Shown here: piece by piece, positions 1-11,285 of the stretch | Layout of the letters: each line of letters opens with the position of its first letter | How positions within the stretch are numbered: the first letter of the stretch is position 1 | Source: Octopus bimaculoides | Lineage: Eukaryota | DNA: 35,896 bases | NCBI RefSeq assembly: GCF_001194135.2 | Contig: NC_068994.1 | Location: 23,201,893 to 23,237,788 of the forward strand | Direction of reading: 5' to 3' | Notes under the pieces: model-generated | What the model was told of the DNA's origin: nothing | Databases searched by the model: none | Seen by the model: only the letters and a program-made list of their open reading frames with translations | Program-made: the position numbers and the translations under genes

Positions 1-52
<52 letters not shown>

Positions 53-60
53 GAGAGAGA
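1..60. repeat. (AC)n microsatellite followed by short (AG)n
   Basis: Direct: 25 AC units then agagagaga. Confidence 0.98.
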
Positions 61-751
61 CAGCGACAGAGAGGTTTGCAAAGTGAAAAGTGCTAAAGAC
101 CTTGTATATGCAGACATTAACGCATCCACATTAACGTATCTGAATGGTTTTTGCATTTTGATGAATATAAACATGCAGTCACACGCACATCGTTGTAAAC
201 ATATTTGAAAATTTATCAAGCTAGGACATTTACTAGCAGAAGATAATTGCTTCGTTGTAAGTAAGAGCAAGTGTACTTCACTGCTCACGCTGGCTCACGT
301 ACCATTACACTCTTATTCCTTAATTCACACCTGTAAATAAGCATACAGTATATTTTGTACAGGTAACGTCTATCTGCACACACGCCCGTATACAATAATT
401 GTATACAATACTGTAGCAAGCTTCTCCAGCTGAACAGATGCCTAATATAACAGCATGTAGGTACAGGTGTGCGTGTTGTTAGCCTTAACTCCACTTGTAG
501 AACCAGTCAAGAGAAAATTAATGCCTGAAGTGAAGCTCATAGATAAACCTTGGAAACCATTTTTCAAGTTAGAGTAAAAGATAATTTGCTTTCTCCCCTC
601 CCTCACACTCTCCACTCTCAAATTTTCTACTTTCACTGTTTTTGTAATTTCATTTTTTTTCTTCTTTTTAATATGTTCTTAGCGTATTTCCATCAATTTT
701 TCTTCACGAAAATCGATGGTAAATAAACAGAGAAGAAATAGTAAATACTTG

Positions 752-795
752 AACAACAACAACAACAACGACGACGACGACGATGACGACGACAA
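752..795. repeat. Compound (AAC)n(GAC)n trinucleotide microsatellite
   Basis: Direct: aacaacaac...gacgacgac. Confidence 0.9.
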
Positions 796-1200
796 TAAAA
801 ATTATGTAAAATGCAAGTAAATTACCAGTCTTTCTATTGGAGAGAAAATGAATGTGAAAGCAAAGTAATAAAAAAAATAAGAGACAAGAAGGTGAAAAAA
901 GACGAAGAGGTGGTTAGTGAAAGAAGCAAAAGCAGCTGAGAAAGAGCCCCCCTCCTCCTCCTTCTAACAAGCGCTGCATCCAGTATAACAGATAACGACA
1001 TAACAATAGGAATATTTTCAAAATTGGAAAACATCTCAACATCTCCAACAATGTTCAAGAGAAATCAGTGGCACAGATTTATGATGAAGATGATTACGCT
1101 GCTGCTGCTGTTACTCTTGTTGTTGATGATGATGATAATGGTGATGACGGCAACCAAATGTATTTGCAGAGAAAAGACGTGGGCAGACTTTTTTTTTTAA

Positions 1201-1370
1201 TGGTTTAACCAGACGAAGAAGGGCAGTATCATGAACATCTTTAGAGTCTTCATGACCGGCAAAAGGAAAAGAGGCATTTATCCTCAGACTAGAAAGCAGA
1301 CCTGAAGACTTGCAACTGAGTTGAGTTTGCTCAAGGTACCAAAGGCCAAATGGCGATTGGTGAGAGATTA
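1201..1370 (+). mobile_element. Degenerate 3' end of an RTE-clade LINE ORF
   Basis: Translation from 1201: WFNQTKKGSIMNIFRVFMTGKRKRG..*..AKWRLV. Resembles the RTE C-terminal pattern (R)WFGHV.RR....I.......GKRKRGRP...W......AQDR.KWR.LV. Contains stops/frameshift. Confidence 0.45.
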
Positions 1371-1899
1371 AATTGACCACTCACTTCAACGAGTTCAACA
1401 CTGGCATATAAACCACTTTGACAGGAGAATGTAAATAAATGGTCATGAGGGAATGACAGAATTGGTGAGATACGGCGAAAACCAAAGGGTTGAAGAATAT
1501 TTGGAAGAACTCGATATAAAGACGACAAATTTCAAACACTGACCTCACCTCATTACATCAAATGTATGCCAAATAAGAATTATTACAACTAAAATGTTGC
1601 TGACGAGTGAAACCTCTTAGACAGACAATTTTTAGGCGCCAGTAAAACTGAAGTAGATAAATTTTAACCTAAGCTGGGCTGTATTCAAAGCAGAAACTGT
1701 AAACGAAGAAATCTTGTTCACCAATAACTAACTACCAGGCAAACCTAATAAAAACATCTCATCATGCAGTTGTGAAATAAACGAATCATATAATCACTCG
1801 GTAGAATATAAATATATTTTCATTACTATGGAAAATTTACCAATATTTTTAGGACTCTCGCCATGAAAGGCCAGTAAGAAGCCACTTACATGAATCCAA

Positions 1900-2420
1900 G
1901 CTTGTAACTTTCCAGTTCTAACTAACAGGAAAATAAATGAAATGAGCCTAGAAATAGTAAGGCACCAGTCTTATAGTATAATTGTACCGAAAGCAAGCCA
2001 TCGGGATTCTATTAAAAGTAATATTGAACTATCCCAACAGAGAAGCCATACGATACATATCAAGGACGAGATTTCCAATCAATCAGCTGGATGTACTTCA
2101 CTCCAGTTTCCTTTTGATACAGTCTAGAAGATTTCAGTATACAGTAATAGCACTACCTCAGGTATGGGGACAGTCCACTAACGTGGATCAGCAAAATTTC
2201 TGGGCTGAAGAATTTTCTATCCTGAGAAGAAACCTAGTCCTTGGAGAATGTTTTCTGATACAGAAGTTCAGTGAATCTGGTGTGTCTAATTGGCGTATAG
2301 ATGACTCATGTATGTGAAAGTTTAAGGAAGATTGAAGGGTTATATCATCTATGTAGGAATATATATCGTTAGAGAGGAAGGCCTTGAGACATGCAGAGTT
2401 GTTAGAATTTTGGGTGGAAC
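1900..2420 (-). mobile_element. Degenerate CR1/Jockey-group LINE reverse transcriptase and C-terminal remnant
   Basis: Minus strand DIYSYIDDITLQSSL matches the RT (Y/F)ADD motif in an IHSYADDSTLHSS-like context. Downstream TRFLLRI...STLVDCPHT*GSAITVY*NLLDCIKRK resembles LGFLRR...PLLEYCSHIWGGA...L.LLDRIQRK. Multiple stops. Confidence 0.6.
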
Positions 2421-2699
2421 ATGTCGAGAGATTTTGCAATGAATCTTTTTGAGATGAAACTTATAATCCAAGAGATGTAACATGGTGCAAGTCTAATATC
2501 TAAGATCTCGTGCAAGGAAATAAAGTCTTAAGTAACTGTCACTTTACGAAAACTATCCTTGCGATTAGTGTGTCTTGTTGGAAGTGATGGAGAAAAAAAG
2601 GCAGTGGTAAATACATTCTCATATGTTGATACTTGAGAACTAGTGGTAGCTTTATACAGATGTGAGCAACGTACCTAGACGTATCCATTGAAGTTATTG

Positions 2700-2865
2700 A
2701 TTAGCCTCAGGTCAGTCCTGACCGAGCACTACCTTGATCAAATACACTTCAGTAATAACGACCCCTTTCTTCTCTCGAATATTGCATACTCAAGACGATA
2801 TCATAAAACTTGACTCTAATTTTCAAGACAGTAGGATGTAATTTGAGGGAGATTTATTTATTTTG
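2700..2865 (+). repeat. Old interspersed repeat, copy 1 (family also at ~4195, ~19741, ~24065)
   Basis: Shares ...ctga..gag.a.acct...atcaa...cact.cag..at.ac and ttttcaagacagtaggatgtaatttgagggagattt with the other copies in the window; heavily diverged. Confidence 0.5.
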
Positions 2866-3196
2866 TTTAGTTGGGATGAGAAACCTTGCTCATTTCGGAG
2901 ATATGAGAGAGTTTTCAAGCCACACGACGATATGCTCTGTTTGTCTAGTTATCTTCCATGCATGAATGTTATGGGGGGCTGAAAGTTTGCCAATAGTAGA
3001 CAATAGCTGTTTTTTTTTTCATGTGGAATTACAATGTTGCTGCATGGGAACAGAGTAGGAATTGTTGTAATGATGATGATGATGATGCTGACGATACAAT
3101 TGTCAGGTTGTTAGGTGGTGGCAGGACCTATAGAGGAAGATGATTTCGGTTCTCAAATTACTTGAGGGCTGAGTGAGTGATAAAGTGTGCTTGTTG

Positions 3197-3889
3197 TCAA
3201 AGGTAGTCAATATAGTAGCCTTGAACTCCATCTGGTCCCGGAGCCTTCCAGTTGCTAATTTTTTTGCTGATTTCCTTCACTTTCCTAACTGAAATGATTA
3301 GTTCTGCCTGTTTTGGACAGACTACTGTTTGTTTCAGTTCTTGCAACCATTTAGCATCCTTCTTGTGCTCCTTGTCTTCGCTCCAGATGTCACTCCAAAA
3401 CCTTTGACTTTCATTGTTATCTGGTATCAACTCTTCATCTGTCCACTCTCCATTTATTTCTTTATAGAATCTCTTCTGATCTATTCTGAATAACCTATTC
3501 TGCTGGTAACTCTTCATTCTTTGGTCGTATCTTACCATCGTTGCTTTCTNNNNNNNNNNNNNNNNNNNNNNNNNNNNNNNNNNNNNNNNNNNNNNNNNNN
3601 NNNNNNNNNNNNNNNNNNNNNNNNNNNNNNNNNNNNNNNNNNNNNNNNNNNNNNNNNNNNNNNNNNNNNNNNNNNNNNNNNNNNNNNNNNNNNNNNNNNN
3701 NNNNNNNNNNNNNNNNNNNNNNNNNNNNNNNNNNNNNNNNNNNNNNNNNNNNNNNNNNNNNNNNNNNNNNNNNNNNNNNNNNNNNNNNNNNNNNNNNNNN
3801 NNNNNNNNNNNNNNNNNNNNNNNAATACTTGCTGCCTTGATCAAATTATTTGTTTCTGTGATGTTGTTTGTTCTGATGTATTTCTTGAA

Positions 3890-3890
<1 letters not shown>
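3197..3890 (-). mobile_element. R4/Dong-clade non-LTR retrotransposon, internal ORF fragment (pre-RT region), spans a 274-N gap
   Basis: FKKYIRTNNITETNNLIKAASI-[gap]-KATMVRYDQRMKSYQQNRLFRIDQKRFYKEING...SQRFWSDIWSEDKEHKKDAKWL...ISNWKAPGPDGVQGY. The QNRLF/FW..IW/WKAPGPDG motifs are typical of R4/Dong ORFs just upstream of the RT. Homology stops after GVQGY. Confidence 0.88.

Positions 3891-3970
<80 letters not shown>
3891..3970 (-). repeat. (TAA)n tract (26 units), 3' tail of the adjacent Dong element
   Basis: Direct: perfect (TTA)n on + strand abutting the Dong 3' UTR. Confidence 0.95.
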
Positions 3971-4190
3971 GCCTTTGCACAGCTTCTAACGCTGGAGATG
4001 TATTACAAACTAAGGTAACACCCCTTATTTTTCGAGGACCTTCCGGAGTATTCGAGCGGTTCCAAGCAGTGCTGTTTTCTGCAAGTGCTCCACACTTATT
4101 GCAGCCCCTATTTGTTCCACGTACTTCTCGAGTTTTTTTGCTCACCGTTCCCAGGGCTCCGACAATTAATGGTACTACTGCTACCTTTTT
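3971..4190 (-). mobile_element. R4/Dong-clade retrotransposon, 5'-truncated 3' end (end of restriction-like endonuclease domain plus 3' UTR)
   Basis: Minus strand VAVVPLIVGALGTVSKKLEKYVEQIGAAISVEHLQKTALLGTARILRKVLE, the conserved V.PIVVGALG...LQK.ALLGTARILR terminus of R4/Dong ORFs. No stops in this stretch; followed by a short UTR and (TAA)n. Confidence 0.92.
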
Positions 4191-4194
4191 TTGG

Positions 4195-4290
4195 GACTAA
4201 CCACATGATGTCAACACAGATAACTTTCTATATTTTCGGAGCAGTATGATTTTGAGGGACATTTGGCTGTTATTTCAGATAAGAGGCTCT
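4195..4290 (+). repeat. Old interspersed repeat, partial copy 2
   Basis: agtatgattttgagggacatttggctgttatttc matches the 3' parts of the copies at ~2830-2865 and ~19830-19880. Confidence 0.45.
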
Positions 4291-4439
4291 CTCGCTATAT
4301 CTCTGCTGGTAATGAATAACCTACTTGTGGTGTATAATATAGTTTCAACAAGACGGTAGAATGATAGTAATGGATTTGTTTGATGTATCGTATTTGAGGT
4401 TATTGGATACAAATTGAGAAATGAGGGAGTATTTAGGAA

Positions 4440-4760
4440 ACATACATATATACACACACATACATACATCCATACTTACATACATGCATTTATGCATTCA
4501 TGTATACTTACACACACACACACAAATATATGAGTTTGGTCTGGAGGAAGAGACTGTAGGAGAGAGATAATAAGGTGAAAAAAGATAAAAGAGGTACAGT
4601 AGGAATGAAAATTAATCGATATGCATTTGGCCAAAGACCAGAATGATTCTATATATGCATACATACATACATACATACATACATACGTACGTACATATAT
4701 ATATATAACCACCCCACGTATGCGTACTACATGTGTGCATGAGTGTATATATATGTATAT
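4440..4760. repeat. Cluster of (CA)n, (TACA)n and (TA)n simple repeats
   Basis: Direct. Confidence 0.85.
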
Positions 4761-5497
4761 CGGGAGAGGGCGAGAGAGGGGGAGAGGGAGTGAGGAAGAG
4801 AATGAAATTTGTTGGCAAAGATATCAATGTATGCATCGCTTTCACCACAAATAGTTTAATAGCAAATATTGAGGTTTGACGTAGAAGTCATCTGGACATA
4901 TCACGATCAGCTGATTTCTAAACGTCTGGTGTTTTCCAAACCACCATCAGTCAGCTAGTCTTACATAAAGGAGTTTCAAAAGTGCCAAAGATTTTTCTGG
5001 AGGAATAACGAGACATCTGAGAGGAATTGTGAACTTCTGTTTGACAGGAATGATCGTTTTAATTTTGGGAATAAGTCAGTTCTTTCGTACACGATTAAAA
5101 GATTAAAGAAGAATAGTAAACAAGTTATAAGAGAAATATAAACACTTGAAAACCGTAGGAGACACGGCTAAATACAAGTCTGACTAAATCGATGTGTTTG
5201 CGGCAATGTTTTCCTTGGGAATCGATTTCACATAAAAAATTGATTTCCTATTTAGAATTGATTTCATTCCCAAAGTGAAATTAGAGCATTTAGAAATTAA
5301 AATGAACGGATAAATTGGGTAACTGGAGTCTCCTTTAAGAGCATCAGATAATTCCTTAAGTTATGTTTAAAAGTTTGAAGTTGAGGCTAGATATCAGGGT
5401 GGAGAAAGGGAAGACAGTTTGAAAACAGAATCAACCTAAATTTATAAGGTGAGTATATGTAATGATCTACATTTGTGTATATGTAAGTATGAAACTG

Positions 5498-5531
<34 letters not shown>

Positions 5532-6060
5532 CACTTTCCATGTTTAAATCTTTGCAATAGAAGTGCCCAACACTCAAAATTTAACATTAAAAATTGGCCT
5601 CACATTTGTGGCAAAACAAGCGTGGACAAAAGCGATAAACCTCTTTTATTGCTTTCATTTTGTCTACTGATAACTACCTATTGTGTATAGATAATTTATT
5701 TACTCATTGATGTCAGAAACATAGATGCATATCCATAAAAATTTATAAAGTACGAGTGTATTTATCTTATAAATATACCGTATTTTATTTTTTCACGTGT
5801 CAGTTCTTTAAAGTAATTTTTTTTATATATTATGTTATTTCTTTGCAGTTGAATTTTTTGGCTAAACTTTGCAGCGAAATATCGTGATTTTTACGAAGTA
5901 TTTATCCTATTACACACACACACACACACCACATATACGCAATATTAAATCTCGGAGCGAGTAGTAAACAGTAGCAGTGCGGAAGCCTAAAATATAATTG
6001 CCAACTAGATGTGGACTAGATGTGGCGGTCCCATAGGGGACGATGCTACTGTTGTTTATA

Positions 6061-6367
6061 TATGAATGCGAATAATAATCCAAATTGAGGGAATGGAGCT
6101 ACATATGTTTTCTAGCTACCAGAATATCGGAAGTAACAATTACTCAACGAGAGGTACTCTACTATCTATTTCCGGCGAGTTAACTTGGGATTCCTTAACG
6201 ACAAAGTAACGTTCATTTAATTAAGCTATCTTCAGCCCTTCGTGTATCTAGTAGAGTACCCCTCGTTCAGTAATAGTTACTTCTGATGTTCTGCTAGCTA
6301 GGAAACATATGTAGCCTGGATTTTACCTGCTCCATTCTTTCAATTTGGATTTTTATTCGCATTCATA
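6061..6367. mobile_element. Inverted-repeat (MITE/foldback-like) element with ~100-bp arms
   Basis: 6064-6164 is the reverse complement of 6249-6364 with about 10 substitutions and one 15-bp indel; 84-bp spacer; TA at both outer edges. Confidence 0.8.
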
Positions 6368-6559
6368 GCAACCTTAGATGCTAACTGTGAACTATAGAAT
6401 AACATGTTTCAGCTTATCGAACTTCGATATGGAGAAAAACCTACAGCCTTCTGCACCAGTAAACTATTATTGTTCTTCAAAGTTGTTTTTTTATACTTAT
6501 TACGGACTGCTCGAAGCTTACTGACTTCTTACACCTAGATCCTTGGATCTTAAAATTAC

Positions 6560-6700
6560 ATATCATTATATATATATATATATAAATATATGCACATATA
6601 AACGTTATGCACACACACACATATATATATATATATGTATGTATGTATGCGTATGTGTGTGTTTGATGTGTGTATGAGTGTGTAAATATGCGTATATTAT
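6560..6700. repeat. (TA)n/(CA)n/(TATG)n simple repeats
   Basis: Direct. Confidence 0.8.
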
Positions 6701-6715
6701 TATTAATACAATATT

Positions 6716-6937
6716 AAGGCAGCAAGTTGGCAGAGTCGTTAGCTCGCCGGACAAAATGCTTAGTGGCATTTCTTACGGCTTTATGTTTTGAGGCCAAATT
6801 CCGCCAAGGTTAACTTAACCTTTCATCTTTCGGGATCGATAAAATAAGTGCCAGTTGAGCACTGAGATTGATATAATCTACTTATGCCCCACAACCGGAA
6901 ATTGCTGGCCTTGTGCCGAAAAATTGAATCCAATATT
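6716..6937 (+). mobile_element. tRNA-derived SINE, family A (octopus-type), near full length
   Basis: Head aaggcagcaagttggcagagtcgttag (A-box-like), caaattccgcc (B-box region), body cctttcatctttcgggatcgataaaataagtgccagttgagcactg, 3' end ttgtgccgaaaaattgaatccaatatt. Homologous to 13001-13209 and 31332-31513. Confidence 0.9.
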
Positions 6938-7231
6938 ATATTATATTATATTTTCATAACAGCAAATTTAGCATCTGTTTCGTGCCAGGAGTTGAGAAAA
7001 ATCCCGGCTATCATCAGTGAAGGCTGAAAGGAATGGTATGGTGTGTCACATTCAGTTTACATGTTTTACAGTCGTTGTAAAAAGCCGGAACGAAATTGTC
7101 TGGGTTGAAACGAAGGGAGAGACATTTTTTTTTAGTTTATTGGTCATATGTCTATTGGAAAGGAGTAAAATAGGACCATCATGGTATGGGGAATATTTAC
7201 TAAGAGGGTGAGGCTGGTGATGGGATGAGTA

Positions 7232-8072
7232 AGAAATGTTGTCCACGAAGACATCAGATATAAGTCTTATATGATGAGGAAAGGTCAATTTGTCAGAAAA
7301 AGCAAAAGAAAATCACTACATCAGATCTAAAAGGCTCTTAAACAAACTGAAAAATCCAGCAGAAGAAGATTTGATTTGGTTTTTCTCAATCGAGAAAAAC
7401 TTCGACCAAGATCAAAAAGTTAACAGAAGAAATGACAGATAGTTATGTGCATACCCTTCTGAAATTCCAAGTGCATACAAAATTTCCTGCAACTGTTATG
7501 GTTTTAGGAGTTGTCTGCAATGAAGGACATGTGATGCCTCCTTATTTCTTTTCACAAGGCCTTAGACTTAACTCTGCCGCCTACATTGAGATCCTGGAAA
7601 TAATTTTTAAGCCCCGGATAGACAGTGTATGCAATGGAAGGTCATATGTGTCTCAGCAAGACTCTGTACTATCACATATGACTCTAGTAACACAGGAATG
7701 GGTGGCTGAAAATTTTCATGATCACATAACCCCTAACATTTGGCCTCCTAATTCCCCAGATCTCAATCCATTGGAATATCATAGGTGGAGCGTTGTTGAC
7801 AGAGAGGTCAATGAACACGGCCATAACATCAAGGATTCTTTCAAAGCTATCGTAGTCAGAGTAATGTCCAAAATGAACCAGGACCACTTAATTCGAACAT
7901 GTCGATGATTTAGATCTCATATAAAAGCAGTTATTGAAGCTGAAGGTGGCTTTATTGAATAACATTATAGAAAAGAAGGTTTATTTTTATCCTCATAGCA
8001 TTTTTGATAAATAAAGTTATCTGTTATTATATATCTGTGTTTTTATAAACATAAATCCGTCCTCAAATATCA
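7232..8072 (+). mobile_element. Tc1/mariner superfamily transposon, DD37D (maT-type), 5'-truncated, inactive
   Basis: RNVVHEDIRYKSY...KRLLNKLKNP...WFFS(I)EKNFDQDQKVNRRNDR*...TKFPATVMVLGVV.NEGHVMPPYFF...QQDS[37 aa]EY with WPPNSPDLNPL...IKAVIEAEGGFIE*. First and third catalytic Asp substituted; stops and frameshifts; 3' terminus runs into the gap. Confidence 0.92.
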
Positions 8073-9699
8073 NNNNNNNNNNNNNNNNNNNNNNNNNNNN
8101 NNNNNNNNNNNNNNNNNNNNNNNNNNNNNNNNNNNNNNNNNNNNNNNNNNNNNNNNNNNNNNNNNNNNNNNNNNNNNNNNNNNNNNNNNNNNNNNNNNNN
8201 NNNNNNNNNNNNNNNNNNNNNNNNNNNNNNNNNNNNNNNNNNNNNNNNNNNNNNNNNNATATATATATATATGTCACAACGGTATATATATATATATATA
8301 TGAGAATATTTTATACACACACATGTACACTACCACATAATTTTCTAAAAACTGAATAATAGGGCACACCAGAAATGATTCAGTGTGGAACAGAAACAAT
8401 TCCGATATGATAAGAAGTCATTCATCCATTAATACGGCAACGTGACATTGAATAATGTAGATTTAGATTCTCTCTAAAAATCTTTCTTCTCAGTTAGAAG
8501 TGACCGGTTAATAAACAACTGCAGGAACAGCGTATCAAACCGATTCACGTGTATTAAGCGAATTACTCTGACTGTGGACACAGCATAGTATTAGAGACAA
8601 GACATACAATATTCAGTCGGCGTCCGAACCAGATAGTGGCGCTACTAACTAAACCATCTGCAACTATAAAAGTATCGGATGCCAAGAATATAACTACATC
8701 TGCAAGTATACCATCATAATTCATAATTGGTACTATATATATAAAAGTAAAAATGTTATTTTAGCGCATACAAGTATAAGTATTTTCAAAATCGCCGTCA
8801 GTGTGATTAACGTTGCTAATAATCAAACAATCATCTCAAGCTGCCAAAAACAGAATTATTTGTTGCAATTGCGATGATGTTGCAATCTACAAGAAAAAAA
8901 AAAAAAGTCGGAACAGTGAAACAAAACAATTATCGATTTATATTCCCGCTAAAAATAGTCAACAAGATGTTTGCATCTCGTTAGTTGCAACCAGTAAAGG
9001 TGTCAGTGTGATAAACAGATAATTACGGATACATTTTTACATTTGGATGTATATAACACATATGAAACATACTTAGATACAAACGCATTTACGCAATCAC
9101 GCATGCACATACACACATACATATCAGTATTATTGGCTCCATTGGGTTAAGTACATTTTTCCGTGACTTGTTAACACTAGAAGTACCAGATGTATTTACT
9201 GCTTCTCTAGATGTGTGTGCAAATATTAGCAAAACTGCATAAAAAAAAAGAATCAATAGAGTTTATCTTAGGGAACAACTCAAAATTTACCGAAAAGTCA
9301 TGCAATCCCGAGATGCTAACGAAACGTGCTTCATGTAAAAGTGAATAAGTAATTGAAATGGGTTCAGCAGCATTCGCGGTAGCTGTGAAATATCGTTGGT
9401 AAGAATAAAAAAATATTTTTCTGGATTTTGAGAGAAGATAAATACATGAATGGTCATAACTATATACAAAGGAGCAAAAATATATAAAGGGGTAAATATG
9501 CAGGAAAATAAGCAGAATATATTGATGAATATGCATACACCACAACGTACAGACTTCTATTATAAATCTTTATCGGTATCGCGAGCTAAAGTTCATGCGA
9601 ATGCCACTTTTGACTTAGAATTAAGGAAATAGTAATACCACCAAATTCGTAAAGTGTCGAACCACCTGGAATAATTTTGATGTCAACTCAGAAAATTTT

Positions 9700-9822
9700 T
9701 TCAGTCTGGTTCAGTCCTACTACATGGTACATGGGACAAATATCTCCCACTATATCCTCGGACTAAGCCTTGTGAGTGGATTTGGTAGATGGAAACTAAA
9801 AGAAGCCCGTCGTATATATATA
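9700..9822 (+). mobile_element. tRNA-derived SINE, family B, 5' part (continues into gap)
   Basis: ggttcagtcc (B-box-like)...aagccttgtgagtggatttggtagatggaaactaaaagaagcccgtcgtatata; reverse complement of 10985-11110. Confidence 0.82.
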
Positions 9823-10768
9823 NNNNNNNNNNNNNNNNNNNNNNNNNNNNNNNNNNNNNNNNNNNNNNNNNNNNNNNNNNNNNNNNNNNNNNNNNNNNNN
9901 NNNNNNNNNNNNNNNNNNNNNNNNNNNNNNNNNNNNNNNNNNNNNNNNNNNNNNNNNNNNNNNNNNNNNNNNNNNNNNNNNNNNNNNNNNNNNNNNNNNN
10001 NNNNNNNNNNNNNNNNNNNNNNNNNNNNNNNNNNNNNNNNNNNNNNNNNNNNNNNNNNNNNNNNNNNNNNNNNNNNNNNNNNNNNNNNNNNNNNNNNNNN
10101 NNNNNNNNNNNNNNNNNNNNNNNNNNNNNNNNNNNNNNNNNNNNNNNNNNNNNNNNNNNNNNNNNNNNNNNNNNNNNNNNNNNNNNNNNNNNNNNNNNNN
10201 NNNNNNNNNNNNNNNNNNNNNNNNNNNNNNNNNNNNNNNNNNNNNNNNNNNNNNNNNNNNNNNNNNNNNNNNNNNNNNNNNNNNNNNNNNNNNNNNNNNN
10301 NNNNNNNNNNNNNNNNNNNNNNNNNNNNNNNNNNNNNNNNNNNNNNNNNNNNNNNNNNNNNNNNNNNNNNNNNNNNNNNNNNNNNNNNNNNNNNNNNNNN
10401 NNNNNNNNNNNNNNNNNNNNNNNNNNNNNNNNNNNNNNNNNNNNNNNNNNNNNNNNNNNNNNNNNNNNNNNNNNNNNNNNNNNNNNNNNNNNNNNNNNNN
10501 NNNNNNNNNNNNNNNNNNNNNNNNNNNNNNNNNNNNNNNNNNNNNNNNNNNNNNNNNNNNNNNNNNNNNNNNNNNNNNNNNNNNNNNNNNNNNNNNNNNN
10601 NNNNNNNNNNNNNNNNNNNNNNNNNNNNNNNNNNNNNNNNNNNNNNNNNNNNNNNNNNNNNNNNNNNNNNNNNNNNNNNNNNNTATAGCTGTAACCTCAA
10701 ATTAAGTGAAAAATATTTGCACGGATAATTTTTCCGCAAACATTTGAATTCGTAAGTCATCAAAGCCT

Positions 10769-11144
10769 ATTCTTTTATTCTTTTACTTGTTTCAGTCACT
10801 TGACTGCGGCCATGCTGGAGAAGCGCCTTTAGTCGAACAAATCAACCCCAGGACTTACTCTTTGTAAGCTTAGTACTCATTCTATCGGGCTCCATTGTCG
10901 AACCGTTAAGTCACAGGGACGTAAACACACCAACATCGGTTGTGAAGCAATGGTATACAGGGGGACAAACACAGACACACAAACATATATATATATACGA
11001 CGGGCTTCTTTCAGTTTCCGTCCACCAAATTCACTCACGAGGCTTTAGTCGGCCCAAGGCTATAGTAGAAGACACTTGGCCAAGGTGCCACGCAGTGGGA
11101 CTGAACCTAGAACCATGTAGTTGGGAAGCAAGCTTCTTACCGCC
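10769..11144 (-). mobile_element. tRNA-derived SINE, family B (octopus-type), near full length
   Basis: Minus strand ggcggtaagaagcttgcttcccaactacatggttctaggttcagtcccactgcgtggcaccttggccaagtgtcttctactatagcc...gaagcccgtcg(TA/TG)...cagcatggccgcagtcaagtgactgaaacaagtaaaagaataaaagaat. Pol III-like head, CORE-like accttggccaagtg segment, short-repeat tail. Confidence 0.9.
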
Positions 11145-11164
11145 TGTCAAGAAAAACAAATGAA

Positions 11165-11220
11165 TCCATCCATCCGTCCATCCATTCATCCGTCCGTCCG
11201 TCCGCCCGTCCGTCCGTCTG

Positions 11221-11284
<64 letters not shown>
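11165..11284. repeat. Compound (CCAT/CCGT)n(CTAT)n tetranucleotide repeat
   Basis: Direct. Confidence 0.95.

Positions 11285-11285
<1 letters not shown>

Noticed and set aside
1051-1200. 49-codon ORF resembling a signal peptide (MFKRNQWHRFMMKMITLLLLLLLLLMMMIMV...)
   Set aside because: The hydrophobic run comes from (GCT)/(TTG)/(GAT) microsatellites; the ORF ends in a T run and has no supporting exon structure.
1600-1613. Hammerhead-like core ctgacga-gt-gaaac (similar partial cores near 25377 and 32462)
   Set aside because: No stem II, no stem III with a downstream NUH cleavage triplet, and no stem I complement.
6716-6800. tRNA genes at SINE heads
   Set aside because: A/B-box-like motifs are present but there is no complete cloverleaf, and each continues into a SINE body.
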